A stretch of 63,701 nucleotides of DNA, the filler included, from Licmophora abbreviata (Eukaryota), in NCBI GenBank assembly GCA_900291995.1. It is 12 parts of 12 records of this genome, joined end to end, with 100 filler letters (N's around TTAATTAATTAA, not from the genome) between each part and the next. Parts side by side here need not be neighbours in the genome. Positions count along the whole stretch, not along the records: positions 38,879 to 47,775 come from OLMU01003581.1; positions 47,876 to 52,420 come from OLMU01003582.1; positions 52,521 to 55,533 come from OLMU01003583.1; positions 55,634 to 58,201 come from OLMU01003584.1; positions 58,302 to 62,009 come from OLMU01003588.1; 7 more parts are not named here. One strand, given 5' to 3'. Position 1 is the stretch's first letter; every line of letters starts with the position of its first letter. A program made the translations under genes and the position numbers. Below, in pieces: positions 46,143 through 58,346 of this stretch. The notes under the pieces were generated by a model. That model was not told the DNA's origin. It worked only from the letters and a program-made list of their open reading frames with translations, and made no database searches.

Positions 46143-47689
46143 TTAAACCTCTGTTATCTGCTTGGCACTGCCGCTCAAGGGATCTTGTGCGATCTGACGT
46201 GCCCAGCTCGACAGTAAACTCAACAGCGGGCCTTGTTCGACCTGTTTTGCGGACAAGATTTGGTTTGTGAAGCTTTCCTGCAAACGTTTCAAACGATCGG
46301 CAAATTGTTGAATGGACTGGTAGTAGAGATAGAAAGAGGATCAGTTGGGCGATAACGTTAGTGCGACGGTGTAAAAGTCGGAGATGCAGCTTATCACTAG
46401 CGCTCTCCCGAACAAAACGAACCTCATTCTGGTCGTGGTCCTCCTCCCCCTCCGCCTTGCGTTCGGCCAAGGGTGGAACAAACAAGGGCTCGTCCCAGCA
46501 CGCATTTTCTAGCTCCTTAATGGTTTCGTCGCTATCCTCCCAGGGGAACGGGTCCATTGAGGTAGCGTCGCTGTCCTCTTGGGCGTCGCCCTTTTCGATT
46601 ATTGGATCGTCGATCGACGACGATGCGTCCAGGACGCGCGGACGAAACGGACTCGGCTGGTCTCCGACGGGATGAAAAGGGTGTTCAAAGGCATTGTCCG
46701 GGCCTCTACTTGACGATTGGGGTGTCACAAACTTGGTGGCCTCGGCAGGAACATGCGGAGGCCCGTAGGCCGCATGGTACGAGGGCATTGCCATGGGCGA
46801 CAGGCAACCTTCCGTCAAATCGAACGACAATACGGGAGACTGTGGCAGGAGCTGTTGAGACCTTGCGGGGCGACGCTCTGGTGTCGCGAGGCTGTTGCGT
46901 TTCTTGGGTGGAGATGTCTTTTTGGCACGTTTGATGGGACGCGATGGAGTGGAGGCGGCAGACAGGGCTACAGCCGGCGATAGTCGGAAGCCCTTGTTGA
47001 CAGCACGCTTGGCTGAAAAGTATACGTGCAACAGACGATACTCAAGGTTTTCGTTGCCATCCGCACCATACTGCAGTTTTGCATAGGAGGAAGTGCCAGA
47101 GTTAGAGATTGGAGTACCAGGCTACTGTGCGAACAGAAAGCGCGGCCGTTACACTACGTACCATGGTCCAGAGAGCTCCACCCTTGCGACTGCTATATTC
47201 GGGATCGCCCTTGGGGTAACAGTAACGCTGTTGAATTGCCGTCGGCTGAGGAAACTGGGGTCCACTCAAACTCCAAGGACAGCTGGCAGGAGGGGTTTCC
47301 TGCAAGAGAAGAGATGTCAATTCCGACGGCACTGTGGTCTGTGGGTGGGAAGGTCCGCCGTCTCTCGACTTCTTTTTCTTTTCGGGTTTCAAGAGAATGT
47401 AAAGGCCATCTATGAGAAGCGAGCGAAGCGGTAAGATATTGATTAGCGAATGGTACAAGCAATTTGCAGGGAGGTTCTCGTCGACAGAGCTCTGTAAGCT
47501 TGTGCACCGATACTTTCCGCACGCACCTTCGAATTCGTACGAGGGAGGCGAGAGCTTCAAGCCATTGGGCCCTACTCGAACTATCTGAAAGTGAAGATAT
47601 GGAGGGGGCTTGTGATTGTTGTGCAAGCTCTCAAAGACGGCTCGAACATCGTCGTCGGAGAGGCGCCGAATCGTAGTCAGATTGCTCAT
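46143..47689 (-). CDS. Multi-exon hypothetical nuclear protein, possibly with a divergent CG-1-like N-terminal domain
   Basis: Spliced reading MSNLTTIRRLSDDDVRAVF...GLYILLKPEKKKKSRDGG...IQQRYCYPKGDPEYSSRKGGALWTM|YGADGNENLEYRLLHVYFSAKRA, a basic NLS-like PIKRAKKTSPPKKR, and a last exon SIQQFADRLKRLQ...SWARQIAQDPL ending at TAA 46143-46145. Confidence 0.65.
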
Positions 47690-47775
47690 GATCCTGATGC
47701 TGTAGATGGCAGGAAATGCCTGCGTTTCAAGCTTTTTGAGAACGCCATGTTTCTCTATGCAAGCCAGGCATGTCC

Positions 47776-47875
47776 NNNNNNNNNNNNNNNNNNNNNNNNN
47801 NNNNNNNNNNNNNNNNNNNTTAATTAATTAANNNNNNNNNNNNNNNNNNNNNNNNNNNNNNNNNNNNNNNNNNNN
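47776..47875. other. Artificial assembly spacer
   Basis: N44-TTAATTAATTAA-N44. Confidence 0.97.
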
Positions 47876-48722
47876 ATGTCCATACACTACAGGAGGATGC
47901 AACGAGGAGAATGGACCACGCTGGAGGTGCCGAAGAATCGAAGCATCGCCATCATCGTGGCGAAACGCGATGTATTTCGACGCGTGACATCAATGTGAAA
48001 ATGTGATGGATAGAGATTTCGAGATTTCACGTCGTCTTTTGGCGCGCCCATCACAGGCATCGCGCGCAATCATTCATCATCATTATGCAAAACCTTTCCT
48101 ACTTCTGAAAGAAATGACGTTGGCTGGTTGGAAGATAGCAACAAGCCATCTCCACGAGAAGCAGGAGCAGGAAAGGTGAGCAGCAGGCTACGACATGTAG
48201 CGAAATACTTTACGCACAATGTTTTCAACGTACCGCGACTGTCTTTAAAGCTAGATTATGAGTACCGGTATAGACCCCGTGTGCGAGAGACGAGTAGATG
48301 GAGGCTGAGCGGAATGTGCAACCAAATTGATCCTAGTAGCGGTCTTCGCGAGGGTTGAGAAAGTAGTATTCCTATTATCTTAGAGCCTGCAGAGCGGATG
48401 ACAGCAGTCCGGAGACAAGGTGCAGTCGCCTTGCTGCCCTCGCTGTCGCCATATCCGAGGCGTAATTAGCATCAAATTGTTTCCGCCGTCGACAAGGCCT
48501 TCGGACGGCGTCGAGTGAGCTCCGAGGGTTCGAAACGAATCAAAGTTGCCGAAGAAATGAGCTTGCGCACCCTTTTACCGTACGCGTTTCTATTCCAGTC
48601 GCTGCGTGGATTCACAGAAATACCGGAAGATAGTGGTATTCGCTGCTGGACATTCTCGACCACTACTTTGTCTCCTCGCCCATCAGAATCTTATTGGAAA
48701 TAGCCCCATGAGCGGGCTACGT

Positions 48723-50351
48723 CTATTTTTTGAGCCATAGCCTTGCTGCAGCTTCGACCTGTGGCTTGAGCCATGTTGTTGCACGGGGCATGGCCTTCTT
48801 GGCAGTGTAGCTCACAATGAACGAAGGAAGTATCTTCGAAACGCTCACTTCGCACAAGAGCCAGACCCGGGTGTATTCCTGTACACGCGACAGGCAAAAC
48901 AAGCAGAGTTGTGGTGGTGAGTTACGAGAATTATACGTCGTCGTGTCATTCCACATAAGATCACAGAGTGCGCTCGCCCTCACCTCTCCTCTTCCGTCGG
49001 GATTCGATTCTGTGTGCCAGACACCCTTCGCACTCTGCAGAACGAGATTGGTACACTCCGGATCCAAGGTAAATACCATATAGTCGCCTTCCGGATGTGG
49101 ACGATAATTGTGAATCGCTGCAATATTCAAGCGAAACTTGGACAAGATAAACGCCGCTCGAGTCACACTCGGAGTTCCGTAGTGTCGTACCGGCAGTGTG
49201 GTGTTGGTGCCCGCACGTACTGGCTTTTCCTTGTGATATCCCGACTGCAAATGCTGTGATGTGTAAAGGGTGACATCCCGTACGGTCGGAATCGTTTCGG
49301 TGTAGGATTCAAAGTCAAGCAAGCACTCCCATATGACATAGGGTGGTGCCTTAACATCTAGCACGACGTAGCCTGATCCTTCTCTACCCATCTTCGACTG
49401 TTCCTGAACACGCTCGTCATTCAAAAGTTGCCTTTTCTGTTCGCTTGTGAGTATCGGCAACGTGAAAGGTAATGGATCCGGATAGAAGGGTTCCACGGCA
49501 GCAGGTACATCCGATGCAATGACTTCCTTGGCTGGTCGATCGGTTGTTGCATCAGAGTTGGCGTTGAGGGCTACCGACTGCGCCATGACAAATTCCTCTT
49601 CTGGCAACGTCATTCTCGACGCATCGTTCGATCTAGGCAGAGATGCACCATTTATAGTGGTAGCTGTCGCTGTCGCTCCATTCTCCACGACTGTAGTGCT
49701 GTTCGTTCCGGTTGTCTTCTTTTTGGTAGCCAGTTCCAGAGCGACGTCGACTGTCCCCTTGTCGTCTACCAGGACACCACCGAGACCTCCGATCGACGCC
49801 GATTCCGCTACAATAGCAAAGCTGCTCTGTTGTGTGTTCAATTCGGTCTCACTGTCGCATACTCCTCCTTCAGAACTGTTCTTGATTCCAGTTCGTTCCT
49901 TGGCCCGTTGCAGCACCTTCTTGACTCTTCGTCGCACTCCAAAACGCGATTCGCCCGATACCTTGGACCAAGTCATATCACTTTCCTCAGTAGCATCGTC
50001 ATTGTCATCCAAGAACGAACTGAATAAGCGAGAAGTCAGCATCCGCCGTCGAAAGCCAAACCGAGATTCCCTGAATCTAGAACTGGATCGGTCGTCGTGT
50101 TCGCATTCGTCGTCGCTGGGGGAGCTGAACGTCCGCAAACCAGCCCCAGAGTGTAAATAAGGATCGTACAAGGATTGCGAATGGCCAGGAATGGCATATC
50201 TGGAGGATGGCCTGGACAGCGACGGTCTCTTTGACGCAGTCGGCAAAGGTGATGTCCAGGCATGAACCGAGTACGAGGACGATGAAGTCCCAGCGCTCCA
50301 AAGCAGCACTGCGGCCGCCGAGATCAGCACGACGTTGTGGTGTGTGCTCAT
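48723..50351 (-). CDS. START/SRPBCC (polyketide cyclase/COQ10-like) domain protein with bipartite leader
   Basis: Signal peptide ending VHA-WTSP. C-terminal GSGYVVLDVKAPPYVIWECLLDFESYTETIPTV...AKGVWH...LPSFIVSYTAKKAMPRATTWLK. In-frame intron 48879-48983. Confidence 0.8.
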   Translation of the reverse strand: MSTHHNVVLISAAAVLLWSAGTSSSSYSVHAWTSPLPTASKRPSLSRPSSRYAIPGHSQSLYDPYLHSGAGLRTFSSPSDDECEHDDRSSSRFRESRFGFRRRMLTSRLFSSFLDDNDDATEESDMTWSKVSGESRFGVRRRVKKVLQRAKERTGIKNSSEGGVCDSETELNTQQSSFAIVAESASIGGLGGVLVDDKGTVDVALELATKKKTTGTNSTTVVENGATATATTINGASLPRSNDASRMTLPEEEFVMAQSVALNANSDATTDRPAKEVIASDVPAAVEPFYPDPLPFTLPILTSEQKRQLLNDERVQEQSKMGREGSGYVVLDVKAPPYVIWECLLDFESYTETIPTVRDVTLYTSQHLQSGYHKEKPVRAGTNTTLPVRHYGTPSVTRAAFILSKFRLNIAAIHNYRPHPEGDYMVFTLDPECTNLVLQSAKGVWHTESNPDGRGEVRASALCDLMWNDTTTYNSRNSPPQLCLFCLSRVQEYTRVWLLCEVSVSKILPSFIVSYTAKKAMPRATTWLKPQVEAAARLWLKK

Positions 50352-51305
50352 CCTTGAGGCTTGTACACTAGGAAAGATTGTAAACTGTGCTGGTGGTCTG
50401 GTGCTTTGGGGGAAATGAAGCTGTCTATGTGCGATGATTCGATTCTCATGGTCATGCATGAGCAAGCATCATCAGCCATCACTCGTCTGACGCATCCGGA
50501 TCGTTTCTCCCGCCAACGCTAAAGCATATCGCAAAACTCCTTTCTGTACACTCTTGCCCAGAGCACAAGGGAACTTCAAGTCTACCTTGAACCATGACGA
50601 ATGGCTTGCCTGTGTGGACGGGTGATTCGGTACGAGTACGTCACAGAGCTCACAAATGGGTCATGGGGTGAACCTGCACGTGCAGAGTGCCACGTAGCTT
50701 CAGTACATAGTTTCTACGTTGTACGATACTACCTACGTGGACCGGAAGACCCACCACGGGGCCACCAAAGTGCACTTTTTTCGCCCTTGGTTTTGTAGGT
50801 ACGAGACCATGATATTGTTGCTTTTGCGTTGCTTTTGGTCCTGTTTATGGCATCAGGGAGGATAACCATGTATAGATGGTCTTGGGGGCGAAAATTGGGC
50901 GTCCGAAGGGGTCGAGATGGTTCACAAACAGCTTTCAAAGTTACAGTCGAGATTTGGCCGCCTTGGACGCGGCACTTGGTCGGAACGCTATTCGTTTCGA
51001 GTCATTGGGATCATTCTTCTTCATTTCTAGTCCCGTAACCTCGCACAATGGCCTCCTACAATGTTGAAGGGTGTAACTTTGGTGCAGTGTGGCGATGCGA
51101 AGGCTTGTTTGAGAACATCGACGACGATTCGTCCTCTTTTCTCGCCCCATGCTTGTGGTGGCAAACTCAATGCCGTAGCTTCTACGCATTTCATTACTGC
51201 AGAGTGCCTTCGCGCGCCATGAACTCCGCTCCCGCCGACCCACACCACGCTCACATTTTGCATTCCCCTCGTCCTTTACACTCTCTCTCTCTTCAGAACG
51301 TTATC

Positions 51306-52214
51306 ATGTCTGATTTCTTAATCAGCTTCCTTGCCGGCGGTGTGTCGGGTGCTGTCGCCAAGACTGCCACGGCCCCTATCGAGCGTGTCAAGCTGCTCAT
51401 CCAGACGCAGGATGCCAACCCCAAAATCCTCAGCGGAGAGGTCCCCCGTTACACTGGCATTGTCGACTGCTTCACGCGCGTCTCCAGTGAGCAGGGCGTC
51501 AAGGCCTTCTGGCGTGGAAACATGACCAACATCATTCGTTACTTCCCCACTCAAGCCTTCAACTTTGCCTTTAAGGATTCCATCAAGGCAATGTTCCCCA
51601 AGGCGGACAAGAATACCGAGTTTGTCAAGTTCTTCCTTATCAACATGGCCTCGGGAGGCTTGGCTGGAGCTGGATCGCTCATGATCGTCTACCCCCTCGA
51701 TTACGCCCGTACCCGTCTCGCTTCCGACGTCGGAACCGGCACGAAGCAGTTCAACGGTCTCCTCGATTGCCTGACCAAAACTGTCAAGGCCAGTGGTGTA
51801 GGAGGTCTCTACAATGGTATTGGTGTCTCCATTGTTGGAATCATCCCATACCGAGGAGTCTACTTTGGACTCTTTGATACGCTCAGCGGATACAACCCCT
51901 ATCAGGAGTCGGAGAACGGTGTCTTTCGTGCCGGATCCAAGTTCGCATGCGCCCAGTTCTCGGCTATCTCGGCCGGTTACGCCAGTTACCCCTTCGATAC
52001 GGTTCGTCGTCGTTTGCAGATGCAGTCCGAAAAGCCCGAGTCTGAGTGGGTGTACAAGGGCACCGCTGATTGCTTTGGCAAGATCATAAAGGATGAGGGA
52101 ACTTCCGCTCTTTTCAAGGGTGCCGGTGCAAACGCTCTGCGTACTGTCGGTGCGGCCATGGTGCTTGTCTTGTACAGCGAAATCACTGCCTTTATGGGTG
52201 TTGGAAAGAAATAA
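51306..52214 (+). CDS. AAC: Mitochondrial ADP/ATP carrier
   Basis: GGVSGAVAKTATAPIERVKLLIQTQ, FWRGNMTNIIRYFPTQAFNFAFKD, YPLDYARTRLASD, YPFDTVRRRLQMQS. Confidence 0.97.
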   Translation: MSDFLISFLAGGVSGAVAKTATAPIERVKLLIQTQDANPKILSGEVPRYTGIVDCFTRVSSEQGVKAFWRGNMTNIIRYFPTQAFNFAFKDSIKAMFPKADKNTEFVKFFLINMASGGLAGAGSLMIVYPLDYARTRLASDVGTGTKQFNGLLDCLTKTVKASGVGGLYNGIGVSIVGIIPYRGVYFGLFDTLSGYNPYQESENGVFRAGSKFACAQFSAISAGYASYPFDTVRRRLQMQSEKPESEWVYKGTADCFGKIIKDEGTSALFKGAGANALRTVGAAMVLVLYSEITAFMGVGKK

Positions 52215-52420
52215 ACTAACAGAGATGGACAGTGGAGGAGAAATCGCGACGGAAATAATGAATATTACATGTCGTTTAGATGGTAATCGAGTTTGACATG
52301 GATATCATCCTGTCTGATAACGGGTGCTTCTCTCTCGAACCGCTGTTGTACTATCGTGAACGTATTATCGAAAATGTCGTCCTTCCCTTTGGGTTTTGAT
52401 ACAGTATAGTAGTCTGCTGC

Positions 52421-52520
52421 NNNNNNNNNNNNNNNNNNNNNNNNNNNNNNNNNNNNNNNNNNNNTTAATTAATTAANNNNNNNNNNNNNNNNNNNNNNNN
52501 NNNNNNNNNNNNNNNNNNNN
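52421..52520. other. Artificial assembly spacer
   Basis: N44-TTAATTAATTAA-N44. Confidence 0.97.
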
Positions 52521-53303
52521 CGTACGATAGTTACAAGCTTGACCTGGGCCAGGCAGTACAAGGTCGCATGGTTGACAATTGTGCAAGTCTCTTGTTGTAC
52601 CCACACTGATAGGGTACGCGGTCGCACATAGGGGCAACGCTGGATCTTTCTGCTTGATCGCTGTCAAAGGATAGTTTGGGTGAGTCGTGCCGCTAGAAAC
52701 CTTGAGCTTGGACACTGCACTTCACTTCTTCTAGAGATCGAAATACGTAATGGTATTGACAGCACTATGTTATCTCAGAATATAACACGCATTGCAGCTA
52801 GCTGGTGTAGCCGTAAGGCGCCAAGATTCACACCAGAACGCTGCTGTCGTTCTTTATGTCGTCGCAACTCCACCACAGAAAATGATCGCGACACCTGTTC
52901 TCGTCGTCGAGCAACGCATTTGAATGCTTTGCGCCTGTCGAAACTTCATCATTACTGTCCTTTGATGTCCTCGAAAACGCAATGAGGGCGCTTACACCGA
53001 ACCACCGTCTGAGAAACATCTCTCTCCTCTTTCGCCATTGTATCTCTCGCAAGCATTCTCATCACGATCGAGAACATTTCCAGCTCCAAATCCAGACTAC
53101 TCTTAAGGCATCCAGACACTAGGTGGAAGCAGAACGTAGTTGCGGCCTTTTGTAGCTCCGTGTCCATACCAGTATCGTCTCACAAAACAGCAGTGCTCCA
53201 TGCGAATGCACCTTGCTTCCTGTCGAGCGACACACTTGTATCGAAACATCTTTTCGTCGCGCCGAGACTCACGACATCAAGATTCTTATACTTGTCATAA
53301 GGA

Positions 53304-54024
53304 CTAGACCGATGATGATTCCTCGTCAAACCCTGACGACGTGCCCGACAGTGTGTTTGCTTCTCTGGGAAAGCAGATGCGAAACCAAGTCGACAGTGCA
53401 CGCCCGTAGGATCGATCCAGAATGACCACAAGACCACAGACAAGGAAAGTATAGACGGCAAGATTTAGCTGTCGATGACTTGCCCGCGTCGATTCCGTTT
53501 CTCGTTGACTTTGATGTGGAGTCGGCGACGATGAGCGGACTCTTGCTGCGGACGATCCGTCCTGTGGTGTTTGGGTCGAGTTCGAAACAACGGCGGCATC
53601 AGTAGTTGCCTGAAGTTCCACCCTCTTCTTTCCACTGCTTCCATCGCTGGAATCCCCCACTCGCATTGTCTCAGTCTTGCGTCCCGCTTGCTTGGTCGCT
53701 GACTCGGTGATTGGGCCTTCTTTGTTCTCCCTCTCATCATCGGCGGAGCCATCGTATGGAACTCCCACACGGCCGGCCTGAGCAGTGAAAGTTCAGAAAG
53801 TAAAAATGGTGAGTACGAATCGATCTGTAGTACGAGTATGACATGACAGCGCACGGCGGTCACGTAATTTTTACAAGCGAGACACACGTACCGGGAAAGA
53901 GCGTCAACGAAGTAGCAATCACGACGCCAAGAGCGAGTCCGACTTTGAAGTGCCAGACTAGCTCTGTATCGACATTATTTGCGTAGATAGAGGAAAAGCA
54001 GTAGTCCCAAAGTTGGAAAGTCAT
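53304..54024 (-). CDS. Probable two-TM hypothetical membrane protein, 2 exons
   Basis: Exon 1 MTFQLWDYCF...LVWHFKVGLALGVVIATSLTLFP, then a GTACGT...CTCAG intron (approx. 53778-53891). Exon 2 ...HRQLNLAVYTFLVCGLVVILDRSYG...WFRICFPREANTL. The join needs a 1-nt phase correction. Confidence 0.4.
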
Positions 54025-54540
54025 GATGTCAGATTAAAACAGCAGCGTCAACTGCCCTGAGTATGTGTGGTGAAGACACCATACCGAGTTTGGAAAGAGT
54101 TGCCGTCATACTATGTACAGTTTTCAGTTTTTGTTGACTTGGTCGATTTGGAGTTTGGCTCTCGTTTCTTGTTTCTTGTTGCTACTACTCCGAGTATCGT
54201 CTTCGCGCGCGCCCTACATTCTGAATTCTGAACTCCCTTTGACACTTCTGGACTTTGCCTTCTTCCCATACGAACTCGGAAGTTGTGCGTGAAAGACTGT
54301 CGCACCGGCACTCACACGCTAGCTGCGTAGATCTATTTCGCTTATGCTTGCGACATCCGTCAGTCGATGTGCAGGTCAAATGCCAGCAGTTTGACCCATG
54401 ACGAGAGGCGACGCGTCGACATGGCAGACTGCGAGAAGCGGGAAGCGTGAGAAGCTGTGAACAACGACGAAAGCAACAGTCTCAATCTGATCAAGAGCAG
54501 CTATCTCTCTTTCACAGACTGTCGTTGACGAAACGAAGGA

Positions 54541-55494
54541 ATGCCTCCCTTGCCTCTAGAACCAGCAATGAATCAACCAGTCGTCGAGGAAGATCGTGAG
54601 TTTGGCGACGATCATTTCGTTCCGCTGAAGAAGGCGCAGAAACCGGCTGCTGCTGCTCGACTCACTAAGATCGCAGCATCAGACGCTACGGAGACACGCT
54701 CCCTTGACAAGACAGACAGCTGCAGCAGCCTCTCGGGTGACGATGCGGACGCTCCGCTTGACTCGAGACGGGACAATAAGAAACCCAGCACACACGTACC
54801 GGTAGTGGAACCATCAGAAGATACCAGCGCGGCCCGAAGTAAACCAACGTGCATGCCAGCAAGGCCGCCTCGACGTCGTACTCAGTCCGAACCTGTGCGT
54901 CCTAGAGGCATATTGAAATACTCAAAGGCCGAAATCCCCATTTCGCAAAAGGCTACATGGCTCAACTTGCCCAAGCCCGACATGGCCAAGCTGCAACGCA
55001 GCGTCTCGACCCCCGACGTTCGTGCTTCCGCGCCGCGTCGTCGCTCCTCGGTGGTGTTTGACAAGATTCAGATTCGAGAATACGAGCAAACCTTGGGAGA
55101 CAATCCCAGTGTGAGTTACGGTCCTCCGATATCCTTGGACTGGCAGTATGAAGAGAGAGAGGCGCTACCGCTGGACGACTACGAGCACGAACGGGACCCC
55201 CGAAGGTCTCTGCGACAACTCTGCATGAATTACTATACACGCCGAAACGTTCTAATGTGGAGCTTTGGGTACTCTGAAGAGGAGTTGAACAAAGTTACCA
55301 AGCAAATGGAAAAGACAAAGCGGGGTCGAGCTCTCACCAAATACTTTTTGCCTGTTGCCAAGATGGAGGATCTCGTGACGAGCGCGGGACGAAAAGCCAA
55401 GCGTGCAGTAGGAGGAGGTGGAAAGGGGAAGAAGGAATCAAAGAACAAGAAGGAGGGAAAGTCCAGGCGCGCGTCTCGAACAGAGGACGTCTAA
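54541..55494 (+). CDS. Hypothetical protein of the V-x-F...IREY...LGDNPSVSxGPPISLDW family
   Basis: 317-aa ORF with PRGILK and RRSSVVFDKIQIREYEQTLGDNPSVSYGPPISLDWQY, and a basic tail. I recall this motif family as common in diatom proteomes. Confidence 0.8.
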   Translation: MPPLPLEPAMNQPVVEEDREFGDDHFVPLKKAQKPAAAARLTKIAASDATETRSLDKTDSCSSLSGDDADAPLDSRRDNKKPSTHVPVVEPSEDTSAARSKPTCMPARPPRRRTQSEPVRPRGILKYSKAEIPISQKATWLNLPKPDMAKLQRSVSTPDVRASAPRRRSSVVFDKIQIREYEQTLGDNPSVSYGPPISLDWQYEEREALPLDDYEHERDPRRSLRQLCMNYYTRRNVLMWSFGYSEEELNKVTKQMEKTKRGRALTKYFLPVAKMEDLVTSAGRKAKRAVGGGGKGKKESKNKKEGKSRRASRTEDV

Positions 55495-55533
55495 CGAAAC
55501 GAAAATTTTGACTGCTATGGCATTGAAGGATCA

Positions 55534-55633
55534 NNNNNNNNNNNNNNNNNNNNNNNNNNNNNNNNNNNNNNNNNNNNTTAATTAATTAANNNNNNNNNNN
55601 NNNNNNNNNNNNNNNNNNNNNNNNNNNNNNNNN
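55534..55633. other. Artificial assembly spacer
   Basis: N44-TTAATTAATTAA-N44. Confidence 0.97.
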
Positions 55634-55842
55634 CATGTTTCCCATGCACGCACACAGTTTTGCTTCTCTTTTTTCTACCTTACAATAATCATTTTGTACT
55701 TATTATATATGCATTTACTGTTGATGAATCTGGACCACAATCTTCAATCTACTTGCGGCGCATGCTATCATAGAATTCATGACTACTAGTTCGTCAGTTT
55801 CGCAACACTACTAAAAGACATGAGTGCATGAGCGGCAGGACT

Positions 55843-57345
<1,503 letters not shown>

Positions 57346-58201
57346 CTACAACCTCGTCGTACACACAGAAAAGGATGCTCTTCCCGACGCGAAGCTGCAA
57401 CAAATTTCTCTATGGTATTCGATATATCGCGGAAACAGATCAGAAAGCAAGCTTCTGCGTTGGCTGCATTCTTCTTTGTCATCATGGCGCCGCCTCAACG
57501 ACTGTGGATTAATTTGATTTGTTTCATTTTCTCGGTTCGTGCGTCAGTCATCAACTCCACAGCTGTTTCTTGCCCAAAGTGCGAGCTCATACCTCGACAA
57601 TTTTGTCACACCACAGCCGACACCCCATGGCGGTCACGACGGCACTTGCGACGGCATTGTTATGCTTGTCTGTACATTATCACCACATGTTCTCCTTCTT
57701 CATAGTCATGGTTGATGGATACCATCTTGGGTTTGTAGAAATAGGACTTGTGTGTCCCAAGAAATCGTGTCACGTTATGACCTCCTTTTCTCACGTTATC
57801 CCACTGCTTTCTCGACAGAGTCACAAAAGATGCGACCATATAAGACACTTGGCGCGTTTCCACGGCATGCCAGGAAGCTTTACCAGAACAAAGTACAAGT
57901 TCAAGTCAGAGAAGCTTGGAAAGGTCACTAAATTCACAATGGGGGCCGAGAAATGGGTTCCTGATACTGCACGTGAATTCGGCAATTTCTGCCTCAGGAC
58001 CTGTCAGTACTCAATACCCAAGGACAATGAGAAAACAAACAACAATCAACCACAACGCAACTGAAATATGTTTGAAGCTACAGAGGCAGCAGTAATTTGT
58101 GTTCAAATTTCTTTTGAGAAGTGCCCGAGACAATATTGGTCGGCATGCTTTTTCAGAGGCGTGTGTGCGGACTGACTCACGACATCCGCCATTGACAGCA
58201 T

Positions 58202-58301
58202 NNNNNNNNNNNNNNNNNNNNNNNNNNNNNNNNNNNNNNNNNNNNTTAATTAATTAANNNNNNNNNNNNNNNNNNNNNNNNNNNNNNNNNNNNNNNNNNN
58301 N
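58202..58301. other. Artificial assembly spacer
   Basis: N44-TTAATTAATTAA-N44. Confidence 0.97.
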
Positions 58302-58346
58302 TCACACTGTGTGCCGTGTCTGTAGTGTGATTGTTGCGAACCAGAC

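Noticed and set aside
51048..51305. 86-aa N-terminal extension on the ADP/ATP carrier suggested by the ORF track
   Set aside because: The AAC family starts at MSDFLISF (51306). The upstream part looks like promoter or 5' UTR, with a pyrimidine-rich tract.
52005..52025. RRRLQM instead of the RRRMMM AAC signature
   Set aside because: As far as I recall, this variant is normal for stramenopile ADP/ATP carriers, so it is not novel.
57400..58201. ORF 57519-58064 as a gene
   Set aside because: TTG start, atypical composition and no motif. It lies in the TrpRS upstream region.
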